Shown here piece after piece: positions 12,610 through 26,915 of a DNA stretch of 64,000 nucleotides. The position numbers and the translations under genes were made by a program. The first letter of the stretch is position 1, and each line of letters starts with the position of its first letter. Origin of the DNA: Botryllus schlosseri (lineage: Eukaryota); contig CM119373.1 of the NCBI GenBank assembly GCA_051294905.1, positions 1,366,001 through 1,430,000 of the forward strand, read 5' to 3'. The notes below the pieces were generated by a model. That model worked only from the letters and a program-made list of their open reading frames with translations, made no database searches and was not told where the DNA came from.

Positions 12610-13386
12610 AGTTATGTTCGTGCATTTTACGTTGGTTTCGTTTGTCTCATATTTGTCTAGGATTAGTAATTACCGCCAATCATTATTTCCTCGTGTGTTG
12701 TGCTTCGTATTTAAGCCCTGTGTTCTGTTGTCTACTGGTCTTTCGTTCAACTGAACTCTGGATCGTGTGACCTGTCTTAAAATTATTTTGATGCACAATA
12801 TACTGATTTCATATTGCAACCTCGTCGTATTGAGTTATTGTTCGAACGAGATCAAGAACGTAACAATTGGTGTCAAAGTCGGATTCATGATTATTTCTGC
12901 GACGAAGATAAAGCATGGATTCAGGTATATTGAAGCTTCTCGAGAAGCAGCAGGCAATGATGGCGAGCTTACATGAAACAATGGCAAATCAAAATGCACA
13001 GCGTAAAGAAGAGATGGCACCGCACAAAGAGGATTTGGCGCAGCAAAAGCAGCATCATCAGCAAGCCATATCGCAATTAGCGCAGAGGTTGAGTCCCGGT
13101 GCGTCAACATCCGAAGCTACCGCCCCCAAATTTGATTCGTTCGTAAAATCAAAGGAGAAATGGGACCAATATCTGCAACGATTCAACCATCACCAAGCAA
13201 TTTACGGCATTTCCAATATGGAGAAAAAAAGCGTGTCTTCTCTCATGGGTCGGACCTGAAACGTACTCGCTCCTACGTAATTTGATTAGTGCTGCTGATG
13301 TCAGTGCACAAGCTTTCGACGCGTTGACTATATACTCCAGGGTCTCAATTCATGTGCAAGCAGCCAGGTAGGAATTTCACAATTGC
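12610..13386 (+). mobile_element. Truncated Ty3/Gypsy copy: LTR (12610-12865), PBS and partial gag
   Basis: LTR homologous to 22843-23100; PBS TGGTGTCA at about 12868; gag ORF 12915-13259 nearly identical in protein to the start of 24657-26036. Confidence 0.85.
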
Positions 13387-13911
13387 CCGCCGATTTCAGC
13401 AAATAATTTTTCGCGGTCGGAGGAGCTCAGAACCGTTTGCGGTATAGTGATATGGAAGCGAACACATCAAGAAATATCCCTGTTAGCAAACCGTACACAT
13501 ATTGTATAGGGATAACGATGAAATATACCATATCATCAATCATCGAAGCATTGCGAAACATTACTCCTCATAAAACTGACTCAATTGATAACGCTACGCA
13601 TAATGATGGATATTTCCTTTTCAAAACTTGGTGTCGGCATTAAAAATATTTCGCGCTCGAATCAACAATTTAGGACTTTTAATCATTGCTCTGCTCTAAT
13701 AGTAAATTAACTGAAATGTTTTATTGGCTGTTAATAGTTGAATAGAGATTATACTTCTAGTTTCAACTTCAACATGGATATACTGTAGGCCTACTTCAAG
13801 CGAAACAACTAATATTATGCTACTCGTATAAGAAGCTATATGAGCATTTATCACTAAACTGATTCATTTTTGAAGATACGAGGAAGAAACATACCAACAA
13901 TATGTATAATT

Positions 13912-14281
13912 TAGGGTTATCATACGTCCTCTCTTGAAAGGATTTGTCCGCTTTTTAGGCCATTCTGAAAATGTCCTCGAAGGACGCCCTTTGTCCTCTT
14001 TTTTTTGGAGGATTTTTGTCATATATATAGCGAAATCCGACTGAGATGCCGTAAATCAGCACCGAAGTGACGCTCTGGTGGATATTTCGGGAGCTGAGCG
14101 GAAAGTTGACATTTTTTTAGTCAACCACACGACAATGTGAGCGAAAAAATGTATTTTGGCATCGGGCGAGAAAGATGACCCACCAAATCGGTAAAATTTA
14201 CCGTTTTTTGAGAATTCTCCTCCGGTTTTGCAAGTCTGAAAAGGTGTCCTCTTTTTAGATCTCCAAAATATGGTAACCCTA
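13912..14281. mobile_element. hAT MITE
   Basis: TIRs TAGGGTTATCATA / TATGGTAACCCTA; exact TSD GTATAATT (13904-13911, 14282-14289). Confidence 0.85.
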
Positions 14282-17200
14282 GTATAATTGTATGTACGCA
14301 TATAAATTACGATGACCGAAACGGATGGCTCTTAGTCCATGTCGCGGAAAGCCCGCAGAACAACCCCCAGCTTAATGTATTGGGCAGATGTAAATTTGCA
14401 ATTATAATTTAATTGAAAGACTACTGTCATCCAATGCCCTAGAGCAGTGATTCTCAAACTTTTTGTCTTCGCGGAACCCTTTTCGACAGTCACTGACCCC
14501 TCGGATTCCCTCAAGTTTTCGTTCAAAATTAGCTCAAATATCGTGCAACCGTCTTCTGTCTTGTGCGAATAATAATTGCAGGCTAATGATAAACAGCCAC
14601 AAAATGACTTTTATAGAAAATAACATTACACTTCATGTGGAAATTGGGTAGATTTTTTTTATTTCGAAGCGTTTTGCAGCTGTATTTATTGTCTTGAAAA
14701 TCCGTATCTTCGATTTGATATGAACGAGTGCCGAAAATCTATTTTCACAAAGAACGTGGTGGCGAATGAAATATTAACGCGTAATGCTTTCGGTGAATGT
14801 TTTTACTGTGAGTTTTCAATGATCTTGTTGTGTTCCTCTTAAACTATTTCTTGATCATATACCGAAGAAGGCTATACCGATGCAGCACAAGTACGACCAC
14901 GTTTATTCACGACCAAACCTTAACAGAACTACGACACACAAACTAACGACGGCAGGAACACAGAAAAACAATCAACGAGCACGAGTCATCATCGGTAAAC
15001 GCAAAGAAATTCCACAACAGATCTTATCACGTCCAGCCTAGTCATCTCTATCTAGCATCTCATCTTGAAGTTATTTAGTGGATGAAACAGGATAAAATGG
15101 ATTTCGTGGCGAGGTTTCAATTCTTTCATTAGGACATATTTGGAAAATCATTCCCGTGTGCCTGTATATATGACGCGATGGATGAGGAAATACCCAACAG
15201 CCAGCAAACAACAAGAAACTTTCGGCAATTTCTTGTTTGCGGTTATTCTAATTAAAGCAGTGGTTTTCAACTGGGGTGCCGATTGGACTGCGGAGGAATG
15301 AAGCAATATGATTAGATAATTATGGTTACCGTCGACATATTAGAAAAGCTAGGGCGTACAAATTCTCAGTAGGTTTGAGAAGTGTTGTTCTTCAGTCAGC
15401 ACCACTAAAATATGGAGCGGAACCAGCTTTCTAAATCTTGCTCTCATGGTACCCCGAAAAGCTGCATTGACGCAGACTATTTTTCGTTCTCAAGAGGTGC
15501 CTGTAGGTAAAAAGGTCAAGGACCCCTGAGCTAAATACATGCAAACAATTTTACCGTGATATCGACATTCAGAGCTCCCTTCCGTGACGCACGACGGGTA
15601 GCAAATTATTACGGACTTGCAGTTCCGAACGATACCGTGGTAACAAACCGTTTGACTCGACTATTTATCCAGAAATAATTTGAATCCCTATCAACGGTAT
15701 ATTTGGTACGTTTAGTTGTCGCTGAGTCATCCAGAAGTGTTTGTTTATCTGTTTGTATAATATTGTATGCGAACTTTTCACTTGTCGCTGAATCGATAAG
15801 ATCGTCCATGGCAGTGCCTTTCAATCTTTTTTAAACTTCATTCGCATTTTTGTTGTAAAATAAATTTCATTCGCACACACTAATCGAAAATTGCAATGCG
15901 AAAAGAAGATGAAGATACTTAACAACATTTTTTCAGGTGTGCAACAAATTGGTTACTATGTAGATTAAGCTATCAAGTGTCTCATTAAAAAGGCGACATT
16001 TTCGCTCGTTTTGATTTCATCTATTCCACTGAAACCCTTCTCGGCCAAACAAGTTGTTGAGTTTATACAACAACGTCTACTAGTGCTTGAATGGCCAGGT
16101 CTTGATATCTGTTCTACACTCCTATCCAAAATAAAGCGTAGCCTACTTTTCGCGATAGAAAAATGCTTACTGGCAGAAATCGTTTTGGGAGCAGACACAA
16201 AGTTCCCGGAGGCTTCAGTTTGTGGATAGGGTGAAAAAAACACATGTTTGTGTTGGGGCTTTTGCCTTCCTTGTCTTGGTAAATAAGGTGCCAAACGATC
16301 AAGGTATAGTATAGGAACATTAGAGCTCGTTACTTTATGATACGTTGCTCCAGCTTTTTGTCTCGCGCGTGTATACGAGAAGAGCAAATAAACCCACGAT
16401 ACTGTGTGTTCTGCTCTTCATCTCAATCAAACTTAACAGTTAAATAACGGTAAAGCAGCTTTAAGACTACCACCAAAATCTGAGTTTTGTGGCATCTCGC
16501 GACCCGAACCTCACACATGAAAACGAATTCATTTTTAATATTTCAGTTGTTTGCTACGATTTCACGGATATGTATGACATACAGAACGCTCACACCATAA
16601 TTTCACCCAACACAGCTCTACAAAACATGTCTGACGCACGCGAATTCAAATTAGGGCAATGAAATTGCTCTGCGTGCCGCTGTTGTAGGCTATTGCTGTC
16701 TACTCAGATTGCAAGAACGGGACTATTCCGTGCCGACAACGGAGCATATCCATATCGGAAGGTGTGACCATCCAGCATCGGTCAATTTTAGACCGATGTT
16801 TTGTCGCCGCTTACGTTTTTCGCACCGCATGTTATCAGCGGTTTGTTTGCCAAAACTTTATATTTTCATGTGCCCTGACGCAGAGGAGGTTGGCCCGAAA
16901 TGAATGAGTCACATAGGCCGGAACTCACTAGTTCATCCCCACGATCTTCGACCATGTTCCCCAGAGAAACTAGACGGACAAATCATATCATGAATTCTCA
17001 TGAGAATGCCATATTTTCTGCGTACTCGCTTATTGGCTACAGTACCCAACACAGTGGATATGTAAAAACTATCACAGGATTTTTGCGATGAATTAAATAA
17101 ATATTGCACACATATTAACTGATAGCTCTGGGACCGTGTCGACCCAAAATTATACCCTTTGCGTCCACACTTTAATAACCCTTGGAGGGGTAAAATTTGC

Positions 17201-17376
17201 GGTACAGGAACTTGCTATTGTGAGTCTGTAATGATGATATCCTCGTGCCTCTCGCTAATCGAACAGTAATTACGAAAATATGATGATTGTTTAGTGAAAA
17301 AAAGCAGGAAGCCAATTCGACGTAATTTTTTCAGCGTGTTGCAGATTCAGACGGACGATTAGTGGTGCGTCGTTGT

Positions 17377-19855
17377 CAGACATGGGGTAATCGTGATTAG
17401 TAATCGTAATCGATTACGACGATTACAGCATTTTCAAGTAATCGTAATCGCAATCGATTACATTCGAAAAAATTCCGAAGTAATCGTAATCGACTACTTC
17501 CCATATCTAATCGATTTCTTTGCCCATGAACGATTACTTTTTATTCGCACAAGGACTATGACATAAACTGAACATTCGTCAACAAGGAGATATTATACCA
17601 GATTTATTGATAGCACAAATGTCTGATTTTTAAATGCCACTGCTCATTCTTACGTCAGAAGTATTAGCTTTGCTCGTCATTGCGTAAGAAGTATCCACAC
17701 TCCAAAGCCACACATATGAAATAGGCATTCGATGTTCATCGTAGTGCGATTGTAAGAACACCTGTCATGCTATTCTGTATATCAGGTTATCAATGCACTC
17801 CAGACGCCACTTCCTTGCAGCAGGATAATAATCACCACTCTGCCTAGTTTCAAATAGTAACTTATAAGTACTGATGTCTGCATGGCTATGCTCAGTTAGA
17901 CCGTTGTTGCTTAGCAGACAGTAGGCCCATGTACGTGCGTACTACGTACACTGGACAAAGATTTGAAATTTTGTACTCGTCAAACGAAAGAAAAATTACG
18001 ATTTCCACAATGAATCTGCTGATATATATCATAAGCGAGCCGTTGTTCGCCGTTTCTCATAACGGCAGCTCGCAGTATCTGTATTAAGTGGAAGACAAAA
18101 TTTCATGTACACCTTATCTTGTTCTCCTATGACTCTACCTGAAACGGTCTCCAATCGTAATTACCCAAGTCTTTTCTCAACATTTAGAGCTGCCGCCATA
18201 TCCACCCGCTAATACACCACGGTAGCTTGAGTTGTAGGTGTAGCTAGAATCAGGACCAAAACAGCAAGTCGCACCATAACTCCAAACGTTATTCATAGGT
18301 CCCATGCGGTATTCAATTTTCAGGTTGATGACTGGATTTCGTCAGAGTATTGGTATTCACAATATATTACTATTCATTTTTAATCCTCTCAACCTCCGAT
18401 GGTCAGATTTACTGGTAGAGCTGGGGGCACGTAATTCATAATTTTAACATGTGATATGTTGGTATAATTGCTTTATTGTATGTTGTTAATTCGTGACCTG
18501 CCATCTGTTATATAATCAAAATATAGTGTAGTCACCCTAGCGTAGCAGACTAAACTTTCGTGAGACGCACATACACATTGTCATGTCTTCATTCCTCTGT
18601 GGGTGCCCCGGTGGCATTTGTATGGTGGGACTGAGATTGAAACGTCAGGACTATTCGTTACGTCCATCCAGCTCGGCTATTGACAATGGACGCATATTCA
18701 AAGCTTCGGCCTAGCCTAGAACTAACTTTGGTAGTACACTTCGCGGAGTCGCATGTTGACCGAATTTCCATATATCTTTGGGTGGGGCGCCGAAATGCCT
18801 ACTCCTATAACTTAGGCATGCTTTTATTCTTGAGGGAGAGACGAATGCATTTCAAAATCAAGTTATTTAGAGACAATAATTTGGAAAGCTCGAAGAACAT
18901 TTTCAAGTTAATTACATCGCTCGAAAATATCCTATATAATTTATGTAACGAAATACTTTGGAGTTCCCTTCGAGCTCGCTCCCCACCAGCGTTTTAACCA
19001 AGTCACAAGGTTCCGAGTCACAAGTCAATCTCAGTTTATAGTTTTGACTCGAGAAAAGTCGAGTAATTTTTAATTCACCAACGAGTCAAATCCGAGCCCA
19101 AATCAGCTAGTACGGGGCCGAGTCCAAGTCAATATATGTTCACTGTTCAGTTTTCAGTTCAATTCGGTTCAACCCACTTTTCAACTCTGCTGAATGATAT
19201 AGATGGCTCGCATTCATAATATAGTAATTTTCCCCAGTGTTAACACTTTCTGGCCTTATTTTTCAAGTATCAGGACAGATAGACGAATTATCAATAATGT
19301 GTTGACTTAACTATTCTTCGAAGTTACAATGAAATGTCTGTCTTGGCCGCCCGAGTCTCGAGTCGTATGACTTGGTTTGAGTCATGCATAATGACTTGAG
19401 TACAAGTCAAGTCAATGCAAAAATTGACTCGAGTCAGCAAAATCGCGACTTGAGTCATTACAACCCTGCTCCCCGCCCTATTAGTGAGTTGGGGGTGCGA
19501 CAGTAACCGACCGGGCAAGAAATCAAATGGGTAGGTGCGATAAATTGTCATCTATAAAGTTGGACATTCGGTAGGCCTATATTATGACGTAACACGCAAA
19601 TGATGTATCAACTATAAAGAAAGTTGTTATCTCATTACGCCTTTTCATCACAATCATTATATTTTCTACCAATATCTTCTAAGATTAGTTCTAAGAAGCA
19701 AAATAAATGTAATCGTGAGTAATCGTGATTACTTTTCGAATGTAATCGTAATCTACTACTTTCTGATTTTGCTGTAATCGTAATCGTAATCGCGTGATTC
19801 AGAAGTAATCGTAATCGCAATCGATTACATTCATGAAGTAATCACCCCATGTCTG
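17377..19855. mobile_element. hAT non-autonomous element with (GTAATC)n subterminal arrays
   Basis: TIRs CAGACATGGGGT / ACCCCATGTCTG; exact TSD GTCGTTGT. Confidence 0.9.
18987..19468. mobile_element. Nested hAT MITE (GACTCGAGTC-rich family)
   Basis: Termini CAGCGTTTTAA / TTACAACCCTG; TSD CTCCCCAC / CTCCCCGC (7 of 8). Same family at 33062-33631 and about 51480-52040. Confidence 0.75.
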
Positions 19856-22842
19856 GTCGTTGTTAGTTGAACAAGTTTTTACAATTGTTTTGCAACTGCA
19901 AAAGTTACACTGACCTTAAATTTCCTATTAGTTTCATTTGAATTATTCCCCGTCAGAAAAATCAATAATTATATTCACTATTCTCATTCGTAGGCTACTT
20001 GATCTGGATTTCCATTCGCCCGATTCGCACCACCTTCGCCATTCGCACTGAATTTTTTTTTCATTCGCACAAGTGCGAACCGTCACACAGGTTGAAGCAC
20101 TGGTCCATGGTAAACGCAATAGGACGAACTAAAATCTGAAATTTACATTACCTGCAGAACTTGTTGCATGCAATCCGTCACTGGGATATTTGTTGTTTGA
20201 TACGAAAACGTCAACTAAAATTAATGACAATTATAATTTATGAATTACAAATCTCTGTGTGGCTTAGCAATAATTACCAGAGACATCCATATATGTTGGA
20301 GTAGGTATTAGACATCATAGGGAAAAACTCATGTCTTTGGAGAGTTGTATTTGCGAATTTGATGGTTCAGATTTTCATGCGGCGTTCTTGTGTCAGCTTG
20401 CCATCCGCCTGTCTTATTTTGCGAGACGAAAAATTCTCGCCTAATAATGTATCTCTGTATAATATTGCGTCACCTAATGTAGATTGCATGCAGCTAGATA
20501 AAATCAGAAATGCCAATCATACTGTACTGAAAGAGATAATGAACTGGTTGGTAAAAGTCCTGAAATATTGTTTCTATGTGCCTTCTGCGATGCGTACTTA
20601 TTGGATGGTTTCAAACGGCAATGGCATTTAGCATTTCTATCGACATATGCAGTATTCCACAAACTTGCTATTGCATCACATGGCACGTGAAAGATATCTT
20701 GCTCTAATATGGTCGACAGCGATCTTTCTTTGGGATAAAAGAAGGGTGTTTGTTTCTGTTCGCGACAACATTAATAAAGTTTGTAATAAAGGAATAAAGT
20801 CGCGCAGCACAAGATTGATATCGTTGGTCGTTGGTATTCTGCTCTGGTCCGAGTCCGACCCGATTTCCAGTTCTTCGTGTTTTTTTGTCTAAAAGAGGTA
20901 CGAGATAAGTAGCAATCTAAATAATTGTTTCATCAGTATTATGAAAGTATAAGTGCACTTTTCATATGAGTACAGAATGGTGTGTATTTATATCAATGCA
21001 TATACGCTATTCCATATCAATATTGAATTTTATTCACTCACCGACATGCCATGTTCTACAGCACACGCTACTAAAAATAACGCTCGATTTCTTTATATCA
21101 GAAGTCTCAAACTCAAATGTGCTCGCGGGCCAATTTCCTACTTATTGATGGCGCCCCGGGCTACAGTAACAATAATAATAGGGGAATTCAATGTATTTCC
21201 AAGTAGGACCTATCTGACGGGACCTTGCAGACTGACATTCCAAACGCACCGTAACAATGTGATTTACTATTGTGAGTTAACGCCTGGCTCGGAAAAATAC
21301 CATTTTCAGATATTTGAATAAAATTGTTGCTGTACTTGGCATAGTTTGTCAAAACAATCACTTGTAGACACTATGCGAGAGTACAAATGCATCAGGACAT
21401 CGTAAAAGCTGTCAACGTTGTAATTTTGCAGCTAGCAGACACTTGACGTGCCACAATTAAAGGTAGAATTTTACAATTTTACAAAGATTGGTCTGATATT
21501 GGAGCAGCACGGCCTTATCGAGATCTCGGGTATACTCCTGATAAGTATAGGCTATTGATCATGTCATTATCAAAGACAGATTGAATCAGCTTTAGATTAT
21601 TGTCGGATATTTGAACAGATCAATAACAACTTTAATATAATGATTACTGTACCATAGTAATGTCCAATCGCCGAAGAATCCGTTGTGTTACAGCTGTGAA
21701 GCGAGGCTACGACTAATTTATACTCGCAAACATTTACTTGGCGATAATAACATTGACAAAGATACCCAAGATGGCACAGGATGTAGTCAATTATACATCA
21801 AGAGGGCAACACAATGGCAATGGTTGCCATTATGACCTGTTTAGATATCTAAATAATCTACGAAAGGCAAGCTACGACCTTTTGATATTGTACTATATTC
21901 CGTACCAGTTTGACAGTTCGCTGCGGCCGTAGCTGTATCAAGTCACGGCGTTCCGCGTCACAAAAGTCCTCCTCTGATTGTATCTTTTGACGCGACTCAA
22001 CTCGAGTCATTTTTATTTAATCACCGATTGAGTCCGCGTTTGAGTAATGCTACAGAAGGTTGCGCACAAGTCCAAATCACAGTTTTCAGTACAAATCAGA
22101 AACGGGTCAGTTTTAACCATCATAAACAAGTATGTCACGTAAAATAGTCAATCTTCCACTGCGCCGTAATTCATGAAAGGGATATAATAGTAGCCTTGAT
22201 TATTAGTTTTTGGCTTCTGGAGTACTTTTATAGCGAATTTTATGTTCTCAAATTTAAAAAATGGTAGTTAAATATTTTCGAATACTTCGAAATCCAAAAT
22301 ACCGTCGCGGGCCGCACAAAATGGTCTAGCGGGCCGCGTGTTTGAGACCTCAGCTGGATCGATGTGGTCATAGGGTCGCGAACCTTGATTCCGGTAATCA
22401 GGTCCTATAACAATAGGGTTATCATATTTGGGAATCCGGAAAAGAGGAAGCCCTTTACAAATCATAAAAGCCAGATTACTGGACTAGAAAACTGCTGATT
22501 CCTAAATTTGTACTAAAAATCGCGTGTTGACTAAAAAAGGCAACTTTTAAATTTGCACTAAATTCGTGTGTTAACTAAGAAAGGTCACTTTTCCCACTTG
22601 ACTCCAGAAATACTTACTTTTTAAGGATATGCTGTTGACTAAAATAAGGCTACCTTACCGATTTCACTCCCAGAAAACCCCCCTTTTACCGGCATTGCGA
22701 CTGATCTCCCAAATATAGGTCATTTAGACGCCCTCGAAGGGCATATTGTAACCTTATATAACAACCGTGTATGAACAGCTCGTGTACACTGTATTGCATA
22801 GGCTTCCAGTGTAACATCTATATAAATTCTAGTGTTTGTTTG

Positions 22843-23100
22843 TGTTATGTTCGTGCATTTACGTTTTAGTGTCGTGCAACTCTTTCTTTCCATAGGATTA
22901 GTAATTACCGCCAATCATTATTTCCTCGTGTGTCGTGCTTGTATTTATATCCTGTGTTCTGTTGTCTCGTGGTCTTTCATTTAACTGAACTCTGGATCGT
23001 GTCGCCTGTCTTAAAGTCATACTGCTGTTAATATATACTGATTACATATTGCAACCTCGTCGTATTGAGTTATTGTTCGAACAAGATCAAGAACATAACA
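22843..23100 (+). repeat. Gypsy LTR (258 bp) followed by a tRNA-Leu-type PBS
   Basis: Terminal inverted repeats TGTTATGTTC...GAACATAACA; TGGTGTCAGAAGT at 23103-23115. Confidence 0.9.
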
Positions 23101-23257
23101 ATTGGTGTCAGAAGTCGGATTCATAGTTATTTCTGCGACAAGCATATATCATGGAAGCAACTCTTTCTTTCCATAGGATTAGTAATTACCGCCAATCATT
23201 ATTTCCTCGAGTGTCGTGCTTGTTGTTGGTCCAAATCTTCTCTGTGCCGGGCATTTC

Positions 23258-26055
23258 GCGTCGCGAATTTCATTGCGAGTTAACGGCAAGCCATCGAATG
23301 CCATATTAATAGCATGAACGATCTCAGCGTTTTCACGAATTTCCAGTTCGTCAAACTCAGGGTCTGGACCCTTTGGTAGGCGAGATAAACCGTCGGCGTT
23401 TCCGTGCTGATTAGTCGGTTTATAGCGAATATCGTATTGCTAAGCCATGAGCGTTAGTGCCCATCGCTGTAAGCGTTGCGCTGTAATCACGGGAATTTTC
23501 TTGTCTGGCGACAAAATAGCTACAAGCGGTTTGTGGTCCGTTACGAGCGTAAATTTTCTACCATACAAGAATTGACGAAATTTAGTGACTCCGTGAATGA
23601 TTGACAGAGCTTCCTTCTCGATTTGAGAGTAGGATTTTTGCGAATCGGAAAGCGTTTTCGATGCGTGCGCGATCGGTCTCTCTTCGCCATTGTGCTCGAT
23701 TGAGAGGACAGCGCCGATTCCGAATTGAGAAGCATCAGTTGACAAAATGACCTGCTTGTTTACATCATAATGAGCTAACTGCGTAGCGTCGATTACGTCG
23801 TTTTTGAGAATGCGAAAAGCTGCATCACAGTCCGCATTCCAAATGAATGTCGCCTCTTTTTGGAGAAGACGGTACAAGGCAGCGGCTTTATTCGTAAAAT
23901 TAGGAATAAACGCGCGATAATAATTGACTTTGCCCAGGAATGCCTGTAGCTGGCGAACATCCTGAGGTTTAGGCAACTGTTTGATTGCTTCAACGGATTT
24001 GTGAGACGGGCGTTTGCCGTCCTTGTCGATTATATGACCATGACCAAGGTACTCGATACTACCTTTGAAAAATTCGCATTTAGCGAAGTTGACAGTGAAA
24101 CCGTATTCGGTGAGGCGCTCAAAGAGTAGCGAAAATTTGTCAAGTTGCGAAAATGATCGCGTTCATCAATGCCAGTAACGATTACGTCATCGATAAAACT
24201 AGCAACACCTTGTAAGCCGGCGATCATGGCATCAATACAGCGTTGAAAATTTGCGGGACTAGATGCGACTCCGAAACACATGCGTCGATAACGGAATAGA
24301 CCGAATTGCGTGTTGATGACACACAAATTCTTCGCATCATCATCTAATTCTAGCTGAAAATAAGCATCGGCAAGATCAATTTTCGTGAAAATACAACCAC
24401 CCTGTAACTTGTGAAGATTTCATCTAAGGAGGGCAGGGCATGTTGATCTATCTGAATTTGTTGATTCAATGCTTTGAAGTCACCACAAATGCGTACTGAT
24501 CCATTTGATTTAGTGACGGCAACAATTGGTGCTGCCCAATCACTGTAATTGATTGGTTCGAGAATACCTTGATTGACTAATATATCCAATTCGGTTTGAA
24601 CAGCGATTTGCCTTGCAAACGGCAAGGGACGTGGCTTGTTAAATACGGGCTTGGCATTAGGTTTCAAGTGAATTGTCACCTTTGTCTTGAATTGTCACCT
24701 TTGTCTTGGTGCATCGTCCTAATACAGAGAAAACGGAGGGAAATTTTGTCTGAAATTTGTTGTTCGAATCAGAAATATCCATAGTATTACATGATTGCGA
24801 TTTGACCATCTGCGAGGAAATTGCATCCAAAGCAGACGTTCCCTTAGCGGTCATGGAGAAAACATCGCTCCAATCGAGACCAAAAATGTTTTGCCCACGG
24901 TGTTCGTCGAGAACTACCAATTTTAAGCCAACTCGAACCTCAGAACCCACCTGCACGGTTACAGTGCAAATACCTTTCACTTTCGGTGGCTTGTCGCCAT
25001 ACGCTACGAAAGAGCAATGGTATGCTGAGAGTTTCGGAGAGCCCAAAGTTTTGTACCCAGTCAATCCCACCATGGCGGAGGGTGCACCAGTGTCCCACTG
25101 TGTCGGCAACGGAATGCCTTTGATGCTGGAGTTGATCCAGAGCTGGTTTCCTACGCGTCGATATAGTTGATCGATGTCGAAGGAGAGGAGCGGCACTGAG
25201 CAGAAATTGACGGATGTGACCTGTTGCGTGATACTAGGTTTGGACATGCACACAGGTTTGATATGGCCTTTACGACCACATTTCAGACATACTGAATGTC
25301 GATATTGACAGTCTTTTCTCTGGTGATCGATGAAACAGCGGCTGCAGGATTTCACTTTGCGGGAAGTTGCCTTAATGGATTTGGAAGGTTTTTTCCCCTT
25401 CTGGTAACTTCCCGTCATTTTGTTGACGACGGAAGTGTCTTTACCGCTACTCTCGCCTTGGATAACCCTACCAGTTTCCAGTGCTCTCACGTATGTTGCG
25501 GCTACTTTGAGAACGTCGTCAAGGGATGGATTGGTTTGTGTTAGACAATGCCGTCTCACATCCGCGTGCGGCGTTTCTTTAATGATGAGATCGCGCATTA
25601 GCTCATCAACGTAGCTCTGATCACAACCATCTCTCGAGCATGTGAAGTTGCAATCTTTGGAGATTCCGCGTAGAGTAGCGATCCAATCGGCGTACGATTG
25701 TCCCGGCTGCATTTTGCAATTGTAAAATTCGTACCTGGCTGCTTGCACATGAATTGAGTCCTTGAAGTGTGTAGACAACTTCTCAGTCAACGCGTCGAAA
25801 GTTTGCGCACTGACATCAGCAGCACCAAACAAATTACGTAGGAGCGAGTACGTTTCAGGTCCAACCCATGAGAGCAGACACGCCCTTTTCTTCTCCATGT
25901 TGGAAATGCCGTAAATTGCAAGGTGATTGTTGAATCGTTGCAGATATTGGTCCCATTTCTCTTTTGACTTTACGAACGAATCAAACTTGGGAGCGGTAGC
26001 TTCAGATGTTGACGCACCGGGATTCAACCTCTGCACTAATTGCGATATGGCTTCC
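23258..26055 (-). pseudogene. Ty3/Gypsy (Mag-like) gag-protease-RT-RNaseH, frameshifted
   Basis: Two CCHC knuckles (CSRCFIDHQRKDC, CLKCGRKGHIKPVC), protease DTGA, RT WAAPIV..VRICGDFK..FIDD, RNase H STDAS..EKEAL..TDHKPL. A 19-bp tandem duplication at 24669-24706 breaks the frame. Confidence 0.92.
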
Positions 26056-26061
26056 TCATGT

Positions 26062-26415
26062 TGCAGCCTCGTCGTATTGAGTTATTGTTCGAACAAGATC
26101 AAGAACATAACATGTCTGGAAGCGAAGCGGAGCGCTTCGCTTCGAGGCAGGGTGAAAAGACAGTGATACGATATGGCTGATTGCCAAATTAGAACAAAAC
26201 GCATCGAATTTATTCGATGTGAATTGCGGCCCGCCATCCGTGACAATTGTTATGTTCGTGCATTTACGTTTTAGTGTCGTGCAACTCTTTCTTTCCATAG
26301 GATTAGTAATTACCGCCAATCATTATTTCCTCGTGTGTCGTGCTTGTTGTTGGTCCAAATCTTCTCTGTGCCGGGCATTTTGCTGCTCCAGCTCTTCTTT
26401 ACGCTGTGTTGAGCA
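26062..26415. mobile_element. Rearranged Gypsy pieces: LTR 3' end, inverted integrase fragment, LTR 5' part, inverted gag fragment
   Basis: LTR end at 26112; minus-strand IVTDGGPQFTS..FC..I.H..FHPAS (integrase core) at about 26140-26247; LTR restarts TGTTATG at 26248. Confidence 0.8.
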
Positions 26416-26419
26416 AGAG

Positions 26420-26691
26420 TTGTTTGTTTTGGGGTATTCATGGTGTTTGTCGACTACTATGGTCATTTACACCAGGCCGATATTCTTTGTATTTTCCGTA
26501 ACTGCCGACTTATACCACGGCCCACCTCCAGGCTTTTTGTAAGACACCGCTGACGCGAATGAGGTGGCGAGGAGGAGCCTAGTTAAACCTCCATCACTTA
26601 GGTGTCCGGATTCTGAAGTCGACCTCGGTCGGACTCGAACCTGCACCCATTGGTGTTGCAGCCACGGATTATACCACTGCGCTCTCTCGTC
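26420..26691 (-). mobile_element. Full-length tRNA-derived SINE (family A)
   Basis: Near-reverse complement of 57830-58108, with A and B boxes. Confidence 0.85.
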
Positions 26692-26915
26692 ATCTAAAGT
26701 CAACTGTAATGTAAAAATACATCAACTATAGGAGCCCTTAGCGCACGATTGTAGTCGCTGGTAATTAGGTAACTGCGATGCGAAAATTGGGAACTGGCGT
26801 CACATGAGAGAGAGCTTGGCTTCATGTCTCTATTTACGGTAGTACATCACAGAACGAATGCGCAATGCGCACTATGAGATTCGCTTCACGTTGACAAGCT
26901 AAAAACAGTCTACGT

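Noticed and set aside
15609..16387. Possible second recombinase or transposase remnant (140-aa ORF ending VAFLMRH)
   Set aside because: Catalytic motifs could not be placed convincingly without a profile search.
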